From Methanothrix sp. (lineage in GTDB: Archaea > Halobacteriota > Methanosarcinia > Methanotrichales > Methanotrichaceae): DNA of 64,000 nucleotides. Position 1 is the first letter of the stretch; each line of letters begins with the position of its first letter. Shown here in pieces: positions 30,542 through 40,571 of this stretch. The notes below the pieces were generated by a model, which searched no databases, was not told where the DNA came from, and saw only the letters and a program-made list of their open reading frames with translations. A program made the position numbers and the translations under genes. The stretch covers positions 2,656,001-2,720,000 of the forward strand of contig OY821645.1 of the NCBI GenBank assembly GCA_963682135.1. The letters run 5' to 3'.

Positions 30542-31759
30542 ATGGAGATACTTGCCGATGTTGGTGGAAGACCTGGCCTGGATTGCAGAGGCTTTTGCAG
30601 CTACTGTTATTTCAAAGGAGTAAAAAGCGTCCCACCCTTCGGCTGCAAGCATTGCATGCCCTTCCAGAAGGGCTGCGATTACTGTTCCCGCGCCATTGCG
30701 GAGGGCTATCCGGGCTTCAAGCCCATGGACGGCGTCGTATTCGAGGTGGCGGGAAAGTGCATGGGCAGCATCCCCGATAAAGCCGTCATCAGCGGTGGCG
30801 GGGATCTGAGCTGCTATCCTGACCTTTTGGCTCTCACAAAGATGCTCTCTCAGGGCATGGTTCCTATAGCTTTAGGCTACACCTCAGGAAAGGGCTTCAA
30901 GAGTGCGAATGATGCAGCCGCTCTGGTGGAGGCGGGAGTCACCGAGGTCTCCTTTACCGTATTTTCCACAAACCCGGAGCTACGCCGCAAGTACATGAAC
31001 GATAAAAACGCTGAGATTGCGCTTGAGTGCCTAAAGATATTCTGCAAAAGCTGCGAGGTTTACGCAGCAGCCGTTCTCATTCCTGGCGTAAACGACGGAG
31101 CAGAGCTGGAGAAGACCTGCAGCGACCTGGAGGATATGGGAGCCAAAGGACTGATCCTGATGAGATTTGCCAATTCCCGCGAGCAGGGTCTGATCCTGGG
31201 AAATGCTCCTATCATCGAAGGCATAACGCCGCACTCTGTGGAGGAGTTTCAAAACATTGTCACCGAATTGGCAGCGAAGCATCGTTTGAGAGTAACAGGA
31301 ACTCCTCTCTGGGATCCGCTCACGGGGGCGCCTTTTGCCCTGGCCCGCCATCCGGAGATGGTCTCTGCTTTGCCGCCACTGCGCAGAGGCGCAACCATCA
31401 TAACCAGCCTCGTTGCCCGACCCTTGTTGACTGCCATTTTTTCTCAGATGGGCGAAAAAGTGAATGTGATGGCAGTAAACAAAGATGTAGGTTGCCTGAT
31501 AACCATAGAGGATTTCATGGATCTGGATCTTAGTGATGTCAAGGACACAGTCATCATTCCCGGTCGCACCCTGGCCCATGAAAAAGAGATAAAAAAGGCT
31601 CTGGGACGTGATGGTCGGGATAGGATTGTAGCTCGGGGCCCGGACAGGCTCACCGTTGATGGAGAGATGAGCATCTCCATGACTGAGGCGGAGGTTCTGG
31701 ATCTGGAGATGGAAGCCTTCGAGGAGCTGATTGAGGCCATCAACGCGCTGGGGGTCTAG
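30542..31759 (+). CDS. mmp10: Methanogenesis marker 10 radical SAM protein (MCR arginine methyltransferase family)
   Basis: GGRPGLDCRGFCSYCYF, GCKHC....GCDYC, LMRFAN, GPDRLTVDGEMS. Confidence 0.9.
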   Translation: MEILADVGGRPGLDCRGFCSYCYFKGVKSVPPFGCKHCMPFQKGCDYCSRAIAEGYPGFKPMDGVVFEVAGKCMGSIPDKAVISGGGDLSCYPDLLALTKMLSQGMVPIALGYTSGKGFKSANDAAALVEAGVTEVSFTVFSTNPELRRKYMNDKNAEIALECLKIFCKSCEVYAAAVLIPGVNDGAELEKTCSDLEDMGAKGLILMRFANSREQGLILGNAPIIEGITPHSVEEFQNIVTELAAKHRLRVTGTPLWDPLTGAPFALARHPEMVSALPPLRRGATIITSLVARPLLTAIFSQMGEKVNVMAVNKDVGCLITIEDFMDLDLSDVKDTVIIPGRTLAHEKEIKKALGRDGRDRIVARGPDRLTVDGEMSISMTEAEVLDLEMEAFEELIEAINALGV

Positions 31760-32015
31760 ATTGGGAAAGAGCGGCCACGAATGAAATGGCGCAAGAATGA
31801 AAAACGAATGCCGTCATGAGGAAGAAGCTCTGTGAGAGTGGGTCCGAAGAACCGATTTGAAGCTTTCATCCTCCATCCTCATAAGTCTTTTATATGAGGA
31901 GCGTATCAACACTTTGGTTCAATGGATTATTTCGCCCCATAACAACGGTGAGCGGGCGGCGTCGGGCTCTGACCCGGGGCTGATCCAGTGGATTTAAACT
32001 CCCTGGAGGACAAAC

Positions 32016-32567
32016 TTGGCTAAACCAACTACTGGAAAAGAGAAGCCTAAAAAGGTTGATGAAAAGCCTAAGAAGGCTGCCGTAGATGAAAATCTCAGGT
32101 ACATAGTTCGTATTCTAAATACAGACCTTGTCGGAAAGCAGCAGGTTCACATGGCCCTGACGGGCATTAAAGGTGTGGGCCGCAGATGCGCCAAGGTCTT
32201 TACCGATAAAGCAGGTGTGGACCCTTATGCCACATTGGGCCTGCTTCCCGATGCCGAGATCGATAAGCTGAAGAAGGTCATCGAGGAGGACGCCACCAAG
32301 ATCCTGCCGGTCTGGATGGTCAACCGGCGCGGTGATATCGAAACCGGCACTGATATCCACGTTATGGCCATGGACCTCAATATGACACTGCGTGAAGACC
32401 TTGACCTCATGAAGAAGATGAGAAGCTACAAGGGAATCAGGCACGAGAGGGGACTGCGTGTCAGAGGCCAGAGGACCAGATCTTCCGGACGCACGGGCGC
32501 CATCGTTGGTGTCAGCCGTAAGAAGGAAGGAGCACCAGCCGCAGCACCAGCTGCAACCAAGGAGTAG
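32016..32567 (+). CDS. rps13: 30S ribosomal protein S13
   Basis: ALTGIKGVG, YKGIRHERGLRVRGQRTR. Confidence 0.97.
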   Translation: MAKPTTGKEKPKKVDEKPKKAAVDENLRYIVRILNTDLVGKQQVHMALTGIKGVGRRCAKVFTDKAGVDPYATLGLLPDAEIDKLKKVIEEDATKILPVWMVNRRGDIETGTDIHVMAMDLNMTLREDLDLMKKMRSYKGIRHERGLRVRGQRTRSSGRTGAIVGVSRKKEGAPAAAPAATKE

Positions 32568-32577
32568 GTGGTAAACA

Positions 32578-33114
32578 ATGGGATATCCAGGCAAGAGCCG
32601 CAAGATGTTCGAACGGCCCCGCACTCCCTGGCAAGCGGAGCGCATCGCAGGGGAAGTAGAGGTCGTCAAGGCCTTTGGACTTAGAAACAAGAGGGAGCTT
32701 TGGAAGGCTCAGGCATTTCTTCGCAAGTATCGGCAGATCAGCAGAAAGATGCTCGCAGCCGTCTCCATCGGCCAGGCACCTCCTGAGGCAGGAGCCATTC
32801 TCGCTCGCTTAAAGCGGCTGGGGATGCTCAAAGAGGAAGGAGATCTCGACGCTGTACTTTCCATGAAGGTCGCCGATGTCTTGGAGAGGAGACTGCAAAC
32901 CCAGGTCTACCGCCAGGGGCTGGCCAATTCCTTGAAGCAGTCCCGGCAGTTCATAGTTCACGGCCATATCCAGGTATCCGGGCGCAGAGTTGACGTTCCG
33001 GGATTTCTGGTAAAGCGGGGCGAGGAAATGAGCATTGATTATTACATGGGTTCCCCAATGGCCAAGGAAGGCCATCCTGAGAGGGCATCCCGAACATCCA
33101 AGGTGGGTGCATAA
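32578..33114 (+). CDS. rps4: 30S ribosomal protein S4
   Basis: [25 protein letters not shown]. Confidence 0.97.
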   Translation: MGYPGKSRKMFERPRTPWQAERIAGEVEVVKAFGLRNKRELWKAQAFLRKYRQISRKMLAAVSIGQAPPEAGAILARLKRLGMLKEEGDLDAVLSMKVADVLERRLQTQVYRQGLANSLKQSRQFIVHGHIQVSGRRVDVPGFLVKRGEEMSIDYYMGSPMAKEGHPERASRTSKVGA

Positions 33115-33116
33115 AA

Positions 33117-33506
33117 ATGGCAGAAGGAAAATGGGGCATCGCCCATATCTACTCGTCCTTTAACAATACGCTCATCACCATTACCGACATAACCGGATCC
33201 GAGACATTGGCGAAGATCTCGGGCGGCATGGTGGTAAAGGCGGCCAGAGACGAGAGTAGTCCCTACACAGCCATGCAGATGGCCATGCAGGTCGCTGATG
33301 CTGTGAAAGACAAGGGGATTGTCGGGGTTCACGTCAAAGTGCGCGCTCCCGGCGGCAACAAGCAGAGGTCTCCGGGCCCTGGAGCTCAGGCAGCCATACG
33401 TGCTCTTGCTCGCGCAGGCCTGCGCATTGGCAGAATCGAGGATGCGACCCCCATACCCCACGACGGCACCAAGCCTGCCGGCGGAAAGAGGGGTCGAAGG
33501 GTGTAA
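33117..33506 (+). CDS. rps11: 30S ribosomal protein S11
   Basis: [31 protein letters not shown]. Confidence 0.97.
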   Translation: MAEGKWGIAHIYSSFNNTLITITDITGSETLAKISGGMVVKAARDESSPYTAMQMAMQVADAVKDKGIVGVHVKVRAPGGNKQRSPGPGAQAAIRALARAGLRIGRIEDATPIPHDGTKPAGGKRGRRV

Positions 33507-33509
33507 AGT

Positions 33510-34304
33510 TTGAAGTTTGAATTGCTGCAGCTCGAGGAGGACCGCATCCGGTACCTCCTCAGCGGCGTTACAGCCGCATTTGCCAATGGCATTCGCCGCG
33601 CCTGCATGAGTGAAGTGCCTGTGCTGGCCATAGATGAGATTGGTATCTATGACAACACATCCGTGCTCTTCGATGAACAGATTGGACTGCGCTTAGGAGA
33701 GGTGCCCTTGCAGGCTGAGGATCTCAATATCTTCACCCAGCCGGAGGAGTGCCAGTGCGGCGGGACCGGCTGTCCAGGCTGCCGTGTGGAGTTCATGCTC
33801 TCCTCAGAAGGGCCGGGCACAGTCTACTCCAGCGAGATCCAGTTCACCGATCCCGGTGTCAAGCCTGCCTTCGATAAGATCCCCATAGTCATCTTGGGCG
33901 AGGGTGAGAAGCTGGTCATTGAAGGCTATGCCACAAAGCATGTGGGCAAGGAGCACAGCAAGTGGCAGGCCGGGACATTGTGCGGCTACAAGAATTTGCC
34001 CTGCTTAGAGGTGGCAGATTCCTGCGATGGATGTGGGAAGTGCGTTGAGGCCTGCCCCAGAAACATCCTGACGGTGGAAGCCGGCAGAGCGAAAGCTTCA
34101 AATATACTGGAATGCTCCCTGTGCAAGCTCTGTGTTGAGGCGTGCGAGCCGGGGGCCATTAAGCTCTCGCCCATTATGGACTCATTCGTGGTCTCCATTG
34201 AAAGCAGCGGCACTTTGCCCGTCAAGGATCTGGTGGCAAGAGCGGCTGAGGAGATCAAGAAGAGGGCAGAGGACTTAGACGCAAAGCTGGCAGAGCTAGC
34301 TTAA
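33510..34304 (+). CDS. rpoD: RNA polymerase subunit D (Rpo3) with ferredoxin-like domain
   Basis: ANGIRR, EVP.LAI, G.EHSKW; two CxxCxxCxxxC motifs. Confidence 0.95.
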   Translation: MKFELLQLEEDRIRYLLSGVTAAFANGIRRACMSEVPVLAIDEIGIYDNTSVLFDEQIGLRLGEVPLQAEDLNIFTQPEECQCGGTGCPGCRVEFMLSSEGPGTVYSSEIQFTDPGVKPAFDKIPIVILGEGEKLVIEGYATKHVGKEHSKWQAGTLCGYKNLPCLEVADSCDGCGKCVEACPRNILTVEAGRAKASNILECSLCKLCVEACEPGAIKLSPIMDSFVVSIESSGTLPVKDLVARAAEEIKKRAEDLDAKLAELA

Positions 34305-34354
34305 AATCATAAGGATCGGCTCGGCAGAAGGCCGATTCTCCAAACCCATTTCGA

Positions 34355-34439
34355 GCGGGGGTTTCCAAGCCAGGTCAAAGGAGCAGGGTTGAGGGCCCTG
34401 TCGCGCAGGCGTTCGCGGGTTCGAATCCCGTCTCCCGCA
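34355..34439 (+). tRNA. tRNA-Leu(GAG)
   Basis: Cloverleaf with CAGGG-TTGAGGG-CCCTG anticodon arm, long variable arm, GGTTCGAATCC and A73. Confidence 0.95.
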
Positions 34440-34780
34440 TAAAACCTTTTTTCTGATATCCATTTTCAGTGAGTCATCTTCAAGGCTCTCTGCCATAGGT
34501 GACTGGGTTGTGCTATTGTCTCCTGCTTCAGGAGATAAAAATGAGTATGAGGCAAGAAAGTTAATTGTTAATTCAGGCAATTTAGTCCTTTTAACGGGCA
34601 CAGATAATGCTACCCAACTGAGTGATATATATTTAAATGTTGAGAATTATAATCATGAAGCAAAGAGGACAAGAGATGCTAGTGAACGCTCTAATTCGCT
34701 AGCAGAACCTTATGGAGATATCTCAATATACCTTCGCATCTATTCGGGTCACTTGATTGGAAATAGGGGAGATAGAAAGC

Positions 34781-35104
34781 ATGACAGATGTTAGTACGCC
34801 TAAGGTAGAATGCCTCAGAGACCTTATTAACTACCAGGACGGCTCCGTCGTGAGCCGAGAGATAATCCGCAAGAGCACAGGAACCATTACACTCTTCGCC
34901 TTTGACAGGGATCAAGGACTGAGCGAACATACTGCTCCATTCGACGCTTTTGTCCAAATCCTAGATGGTGAAGCCGAGATAACAATATCAGGAAAAGCCT
35001 ACCATTTGGAGACAGGTCAGATGATAATCTTGCCAGTTAATGAGACTCATGCTGTAAAAGCGTTAAGCAAATTCAAAATGCTACTGGTTATGATTAGGTC
35101 TTAG
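34781..35104 (+). CDS. Cupin domain protein
   Basis: TLFAFD.DQGLSEHTAP...LDGEA...H. Confidence 0.88.
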   Translation: MTDVSTPKVECLRDLINYQDGSVVSREIIRKSTGTITLFAFDRDQGLSEHTAPFDAFVQILDGEAEITISGKAYHLETGQMIILPVNETHAVKALSKFKMLLVMIRS

Positions 35105-35192
35105 ATAATCGCCCCATATGACGGATGATTCCTTCATATCTCCTTTTTCGCCTCATTGCGAAGGATCTTGTGAACTTTCAAACCAATGCTTG

Positions 35193-36248
35193 TCAATTCC
35201 GAGCGAGTGTGCCTTGCTGTAGATTTGAGACTCTCACGCCAATCAACCTGATTTTCTTGCTTCTTCTCAGCAGAGGCGCAATTAACCGCTTGACATTGTT
35301 CTTAAGGATATCCAGATCATTTGTGGGAAACATCAAGGATTTGGAGCGAGTATGCGTGTCAAAGTGCTGATATCTGATCCTGACAGTGATTGTCTTGAAC
35401 TTGAAAACATTTGCAATCACATCTTCATATACTTCTTCCGCCAAACCATCCAGGACTCGAAGTATTTGCCCTTCATCATCTTCGTCCTTTTCAAAGGTGG
35501 TGTCCCTGCCGATTGATTTGGTTTCATACTCTTCGATTACCTCACGGTTATCAATGCCGTTGGCAAACTCGTGCAATCTGGCTCCCCATGCCCCGAAGAG
35601 TCTGGTCAGGATCTCAGGTTTGACGGCAGCAAGATCCTTAACAGTCTCGATTTTAAGATCCAACAATGCCTGTTCTGTTTTGGCACCCACACCAGGGATC
35701 TTCCTGACATCCAGCGGGAATAGAAAGTCCTTGACGTCTTCCGGCTTGACCACAGTTATACCATAAGGCTTCCTGAAGTCAGATGCTATTTTGGCAATCA
35801 TCTTGTTAGGAGCGACACCAATCGAACAGGTTAATTGGATCTTCTCCAGGACTTCTTCCATTAGGTGCTTTGCGAATTGCGCAGCCTCATCGAAGTCTTT
35901 CACGCGGTTCGATATGTCAATATAGGCTTCGTCTATGCCTCCCTGCTCAAATCGGTCCGCCTGGCTCCTAAGAATTCCCATTGTGCTATTCGATGCTGGA
36001 ATATAGAGGTCGAAATGCGGTCGAATGTATACGCCATCAGGGCATAACTTCCAGGCGCGAGATATTGGCGTGGCGGACTTAATGCCAAACTTCCTGGCTT
36101 CATAAGAGGCACTGCTAACCACACCTCGCCCTTTGCCTTCCTTTGGATCAGCTCCGACTATCACGGGCTTGCCCTTTAATTCCGGGTGCTCTCGAACTTC
36201 TACAGAAGGAAAGAAGGCATCCAGATCGACATGCAAAATTATTCGCAT
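35193..36248 (-). CDS. dinB: DNA polymerase IV (Y family)
   Basis: HVDLDAFF, SYEARKFG, IDEAY, AKIASD..KP.G. Confidence 0.95.
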   Translation of the reverse strand: MRIILHVDLDAFFPSVEVREHPELKGKPVIVGADPKEGKGRGVVSSASYEARKFGIKSATPISRAWKLCPDGVYIRPHFDLYIPASNSTMGILRSQADRFEQGGIDEAYIDISNRVKDFDEAAQFAKHLMEEVLEKIQLTCSIGVAPNKMIAKIASDFRKPYGITVVKPEDVKDFLFPLDVRKIPGVGAKTEQALLDLKIETVKDLAAVKPEILTRLFGAWGARLHEFANGIDNREVIEEYETKSIGRDTTFEKDEDDEGQILRVLDGLAEEVYEDVIANVFKFKTITVRIRYQHFDTHTRSKSLMFPTNDLDILKNNVKRLIAPLLRRSKKIRLIGVRVSNLQQGTLARN

Positions 36249-36305
36249 TCCAGTTCTCTACATAACTCCTGCTTTCTCTGCGTATTCTACCGGCTCAATA
36301 TTTAA

Positions 36306-37454
36306 TCACCTCCCAAAGTAGGCAGCAACCTTCTTTAGATGCTCTCGGATGGGGATGCCCTGGGGACACTTCTCTTCGCAATCCCCACACTCCTGACATT
36401 GGGATGCAAATCCAGGGCTACCGAACATGCCTCCCAGGAAGCCATAATTGTAGCGGGCAGCATCCGGGGCATCGAACATACAACCCTGGTTATACATTTC
36501 AAAGCATTCTGGAATGCTAACATTTGATGAACATGGCATGCAGTATCTACAACCTGTGCAAGGTATTTCGATGCGCTTCTTGTACTCGGCTTCAGCGTCC
36601 TTAAATAGGTCTAGTTCTTTTTGCGATAACGAGTTTGGAAGACCATCTTTTGCATAGGCAACGTTCTGCTGAACCTGTTCAAATGAAGACATGCCAGATA
36701 GAACGACGGTCGCTTCAGGATGATTCCAAACCCAGCGTAATGCCCATTCTGAAAGGCTTCTTTGGACGGGAGCTTTTTCCCATATTTTGTTGATGGAAGG
36801 AATATCTTTGGTAAGCATACCGCCCCGTAGAGGCTCCATGATCACAATTCCAAGCCCACGATCTGCCGCATACTTGAGTCCTTCTGTGCCAGCTTGATTC
36901 TGCTCGTCCATGAAGTTGTATTGGATTTGACAGAACGTCCAGTCGTGAGCGTCTACAATATCCTTGAACATGGTTAATTCATCATGAAAGGAGAAACCTG
37001 CGTACTTGATTTTACCATCGGCAATGGCATCATTCAGAAAGTCGGTAACACCCAATGAATGAAGGTTCTCCCAAAAAGGCTTCATGAGTCCATGAACCAA
37101 GTAAAAATCGATATAATCGGTCTGTAGCCGCTTTAGCTGCTCATCCAGGTAATGATCCATATCTGCGCGCGATTTGATGAGCCAGCTAGGAAGCTTGGTA
37201 GCCAGTTTAACCTTCTCACGATATCCACCCTTCAGAGCGCGACCTACAAACGGCTCGCTCTCCCCATTGTGATAAGGATAGGCGGTGTCAACATAATTCA
37301 CCCCGTGATCGATAGCATATCTGAGCATGTTGGTAGCCTGTTTTTCGTCAATCTTGCCATCTTTTTTAGTGGGCAGGCGCATGCATCCGAAACCAAGGAT
37401 GGAGAGATCTGACTCCACATTATTCATTTTTCTATAGAGCATAGTCTCATCCAA
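36306..37454 (-). CDS. Aldo/keto reductase with C-terminal 4Fe-4S dicluster
   Basis: LGFGCMRLP, DTAYPY, ATKLP, CTGCRYC, CQECGDCEEKCP. Confidence 0.9.
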   Translation of the reverse strand: MDETMLYRKMNNVESDLSILGFGCMRLPTKKDGKIDEKQATNMLRYAIDHGVNYVDTAYPYHNGESEPFVGRALKGGYREKVKLATKLPSWLIKSRADMDHYLDEQLKRLQTDYIDFYLVHGLMKPFWENLHSLGVTDFLNDAIADGKIKYAGFSFHDELTMFKDIVDAHDWTFCQIQYNFMDEQNQAGTEGLKYAADRGLGIVIMEPLRGGMLTKDIPSINKIWEKAPVQRSLSEWALRWVWNHPEATVVLSGMSSFEQVQQNVAYAKDGLPNSLSQKELDLFKDAEAEYKKRIEIPCTGCRYCMPCSSNVSIPECFEMYNQGCMFDAPDAARYNYGFLGGMFGSPGFASQCQECGDCEEKCPQGIPIREHLKKVAAYFGR

Positions 37455-37786
37455 GTGTTTCCTTACTCCTTATACATTTCCGATCCTCCTAAATGTGAAT
37501 CTGCCAGAACTTAGCTTCTAGATTTCACCAGCATCCAAATTTCATTAACATGCAATCGAATCAAAATCAGGATTATTTAAGAGTTTTAGATCTAAAAAAG
37601 CAAACCCTGTCACTAAGAAAAGGTGATATGGGGTTTATAACTTTATAAATTAATTATAATGTTACAGATTACTAATCATCGTGGAGCGAGAACCGGTAAT
37701 GAATGCAAAAGAAGATAAAAATCAAGGAATCCTGGCACAGGCCAGGATCTGGAAAGCAAGCTCCAATTCCATAGCATTTCTTCAGT

Positions 37787-40339
37787 CTATTCTTTTACCT
37801 CCAGTACAACTTTTCTAATGGTTCCCGAGAATGTGAACGGGCTCTTGTAGCTCTCTGTCACAGGCGTTAGACGATCTGTGCCAATCTCAAGTCCCTCCTC
37901 CCAGGAATAGATGTTGGGCACTGTTGGGGCGAGCGTGTCTTTGCCCACTTCCTTGCCGTTTATGTAGAGGGTTGCAATCCCGGTGGCTCCTGTATTATTG
38001 AGGAAATCAGCTTTTGCTGTTCTATCAAAGCGCAAGCCTAGAGTTGAATTGCCCGTGGGAACCTCTGCATCGGAGACAATGGTTGTGTGCTTAAGCCCCA
38101 GGTAATTGTAGTCAAAGACGAGCGTCTTGTTCTGAACATAAAGTGACAGTCCATTAAATCTTCCTCCAATGGAGAGGAGCACTCCCTCAGCTCCCTCCTC
38201 CGGAATATCGACATCTGCGTCGATAGTGTAGGAGCTGAATTTGGTGTCGGGAATTCCGGGCTCCAGGATGGGGGCCATACCAGGATAGTATGTGAACTTG
38301 CCCTTTATGCCATGTTCCATCAACATATGCATTCGATCATCAAGCGGCAGTACATTGTACTTTCCTGCCTCAGCCCACCAGCGTTCCACCATCTCCAAGA
38401 CTTTGTCGGGATTTTCCTGTGCTAAATTATGAGATTCGGAAACATCCTGGGTGAGATTGTATAGCTCCCAGACATCTTCGTTGAAATTTCCTCCGGAACC
38501 GCGCGGATGAGCGGTTACGGCCTTCCAGCCATCATACCAGATTCCCCGGCTTCCCAGCATTGAGAAGTACTGCACATTCTTTTGATTTGGTGCATCGGGC
38601 TGGTCGAAAGTATAGGCCATACTAACGCCTTCTATCGGTTTTTGGGGTATGCCGTTATATACCTCGGGCGCCGTTATGCCGACTACTTCCAGAACCGTTG
38701 GAACGATATCAATGGCGTGCGTGAACTGGGTTCGAACTCCTCCCTGATCTTTGATCTCTGCCGGGTAATAGACGATCAATGGATCATGGACGCCTCCTTC
38801 GTGGGTCCACTGCTTGTAGAGCTTGAATGGCGTGTTGCCGGCCATGGCCCATCCTCTGGGATAGTGAGAGAAGGTCATCGGCCCGCCCAGTTCATCTATC
38901 TTATTGAGCAGGAAACTGACGTTCTCTTCAGGCATGTTATTGAACGTCATATACTCACTAAATGAGCCGTTCGTACCGCCTTCCATGCTGGCGCCATTAT
39001 CTGAGACCAGTATGATCATGGTGTTGTTGATCTGATCCGTCTCTTCGAGATAATCGATCAGCCGGCCGATCTGGTAATCGGTATGATCCAGGAAACCTGC
39101 ATAAATCTCCATCATGCGAGCAAAAAGCTTCTTCTCGTCCGCTGATAGGCTATCCCATGCCTTTACATCGTCATTGCGGGGCGGAAGCTCTGTGTTTGCC
39201 GGCACGATGCCCATAGCCTTCTGCCGGGCAAGGGTTTCGTTCCTGACAGCATCCCAGCCCTGGTCGAACTTGCCTTTGTACTTGTCAATGTACTCTCGGG
39301 GAGCCTGGTGGGGAGAGTGGCAGGCACCGAAAGCCAGGTACATCAGGTAAGGCTTGCCCGGCTCTGCCGATTGCTGATCATTCACGTATTTTATGGCCTG
39401 GTCCACCAGATCTTTTGATAGGTGATAGCCCTCCTCGGGAGTGGCTGGCGGTTCTATCTGACGGGTATCATCGATAAGAGTAGGATACCATTGGTTGCTT
39501 TGGGCTTGCAGGAATCCATAGAAGTGATCGAATCCCCGGCCGGTAGGCCAGTTGTCGTATGGACCCTGTGCGTTGATATCTTTAGTCGAGACGAGGTGCC
39601 ATTTGCCCAGGGCAAAGGTATTGTAGCCTACTGCCTGAAGCATCTCGGCCAGTGTTGCCGTATTTTTGGAGAGGTTTCCGTTGTATCCGGGATAGCCTAC
39701 TGCCATATCCGTAAGCGCACCTATGCCTGCCGAATGATGATTTCTGCCTGTCATAAAGCAAGCTCTGGAGGGAGAGCACAGGGCGGTTGTATGGAAATTG
39801 CTGTAGCGCAGGCCTCCTTCAGCCAGACGATTGATATTTGGCGTCTCAATGGGACCGCCAAAGCTGCCAATATGACCAAATCCCACATCGTCAAGCACAA
39901 TGTAGACGACATTGGGTGCCCCTTTTGGCGGCTGGATCTTCTCGGGCCAGCATTCTGTGGAGTCTTTGTAGGTCAGGCCGATCTTCTGGTTATCGCAGTT
40001 TGAGCTATTCTGCACAGAAGCGGTGGCACTTGATTTGCCATTTGCCGCCTGTATGACCAGAACGGTATTCTGGGGTGCGGCAACGTCCTCGTTGACAATA
40101 TCATCAAGCGTTGAGTTCTCTGTCAATACCTTTCTTCTGTTCGTAACCATTTCCAGTGAAGACTTATCAAGCGAGCTGGCGGCGGATCGGCTCCGATCGT
40201 CGGCGGCCAGAGTCTGGCTGACCGACTGGCTGTCCGAATCTCCAAGATGGTCTGATACGTCCGCAGAATCGCTATTGGTTGCGGCGAAGCTGCCCGAAGT
40301 AATTTGGGCGAATAAAAAAACCAAAAATACTATTATCAC
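37787..40339 (-). CDS. Secreted arylsulfatase (AtsA-like, long form)
   Basis: PNVVYIVLDD, CSPSR..FMTGR, GKWHL, SDNG; signal peptide; true start may be slightly upstream. Confidence 0.92.
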   Translation of the reverse strand: MIIVFLVFLFAQITSGSFAATNSDSADVSDHLGDSDSQSVSQTLAADDRSRSAASSLDKSSLEMVTNRRKVLTENSTLDDIVNEDVAAPQNTVLVIQAANGKSSATASVQNSSNCDNQKIGLTYKDSTECWPEKIQPPKGAPNVVYIVLDDVGFGHIGSFGGPIETPNINRLAEGGLRYSNFHTTALCSPSRACFMTGRNHHSAGIGALTDMAVGYPGYNGNLSKNTATLAEMLQAVGYNTFALGKWHLVSTKDINAQGPYDNWPTGRGFDHFYGFLQAQSNQWYPTLIDDTRQIEPPATPEEGYHLSKDLVDQAIKYVNDQQSAEPGKPYLMYLAFGACHSPHQAPREYIDKYKGKFDQGWDAVRNETLARQKAMGIVPANTELPPRNDDVKAWDSLSADEKKLFARMMEIYAGFLDHTDYQIGRLIDYLEETDQINNTMIILVSDNGASMEGGTNGSFSEYMTFNNMPEENVSFLLNKIDELGGPMTFSHYPRGWAMAGNTPFKLYKQWTHEGGVHDPLIVYYPAEIKDQGGVRTQFTHAIDIVPTVLEVVGITAPEVYNGIPQKPIEGVSMAYTFDQPDAPNQKNVQYFSMLGSRGIWYDGWKAVTAHPRGSGGNFNEDVWELYNLTQDVSESHNLAQENPDKVLEMVERWWAEAGKYNVLPLDDRMHMLMEHGIKGKFTYYPGMAPILEPGIPDTKFSSYTIDADVDIPEEGAEGVLLSIGGRFNGLSLYVQNKTLVFDYNYLGLKHTTIVSDAEVPTGNSTLGLRFDRTAKADFLNNTGATGIATLYINGKEVGKDTLAPTVPNIYSWEEGLEIGTDRLTPVTESYKSPFTFSGTIRKVVLEVKE

Positions 40340-40571
40340 AGTTGCTCTTTTTAAGATATGAATACCTCCTCCAACCTATTACTATCATTATTCTATATTA
40401 ATCTTGCTCATTGATATAAAAACAGGGTTGAATGTAGTGTAATCGATATCTGGTCAATACCTTCGTTCTCATCCGCATAAATGGCAAAATCAATAAACAA
40501 AATTTTATAATAATAACGGATCGAATAGAAAAAAACATGGTCAATCTTGACAGGCTGCCCAACCTTCCATT

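Noticed and set aside
34440-34780. 94-aa AT-rich ORF after tRNA-Leu
   Set aside because: No motif, and it overlaps the cupin start; possibly debris.
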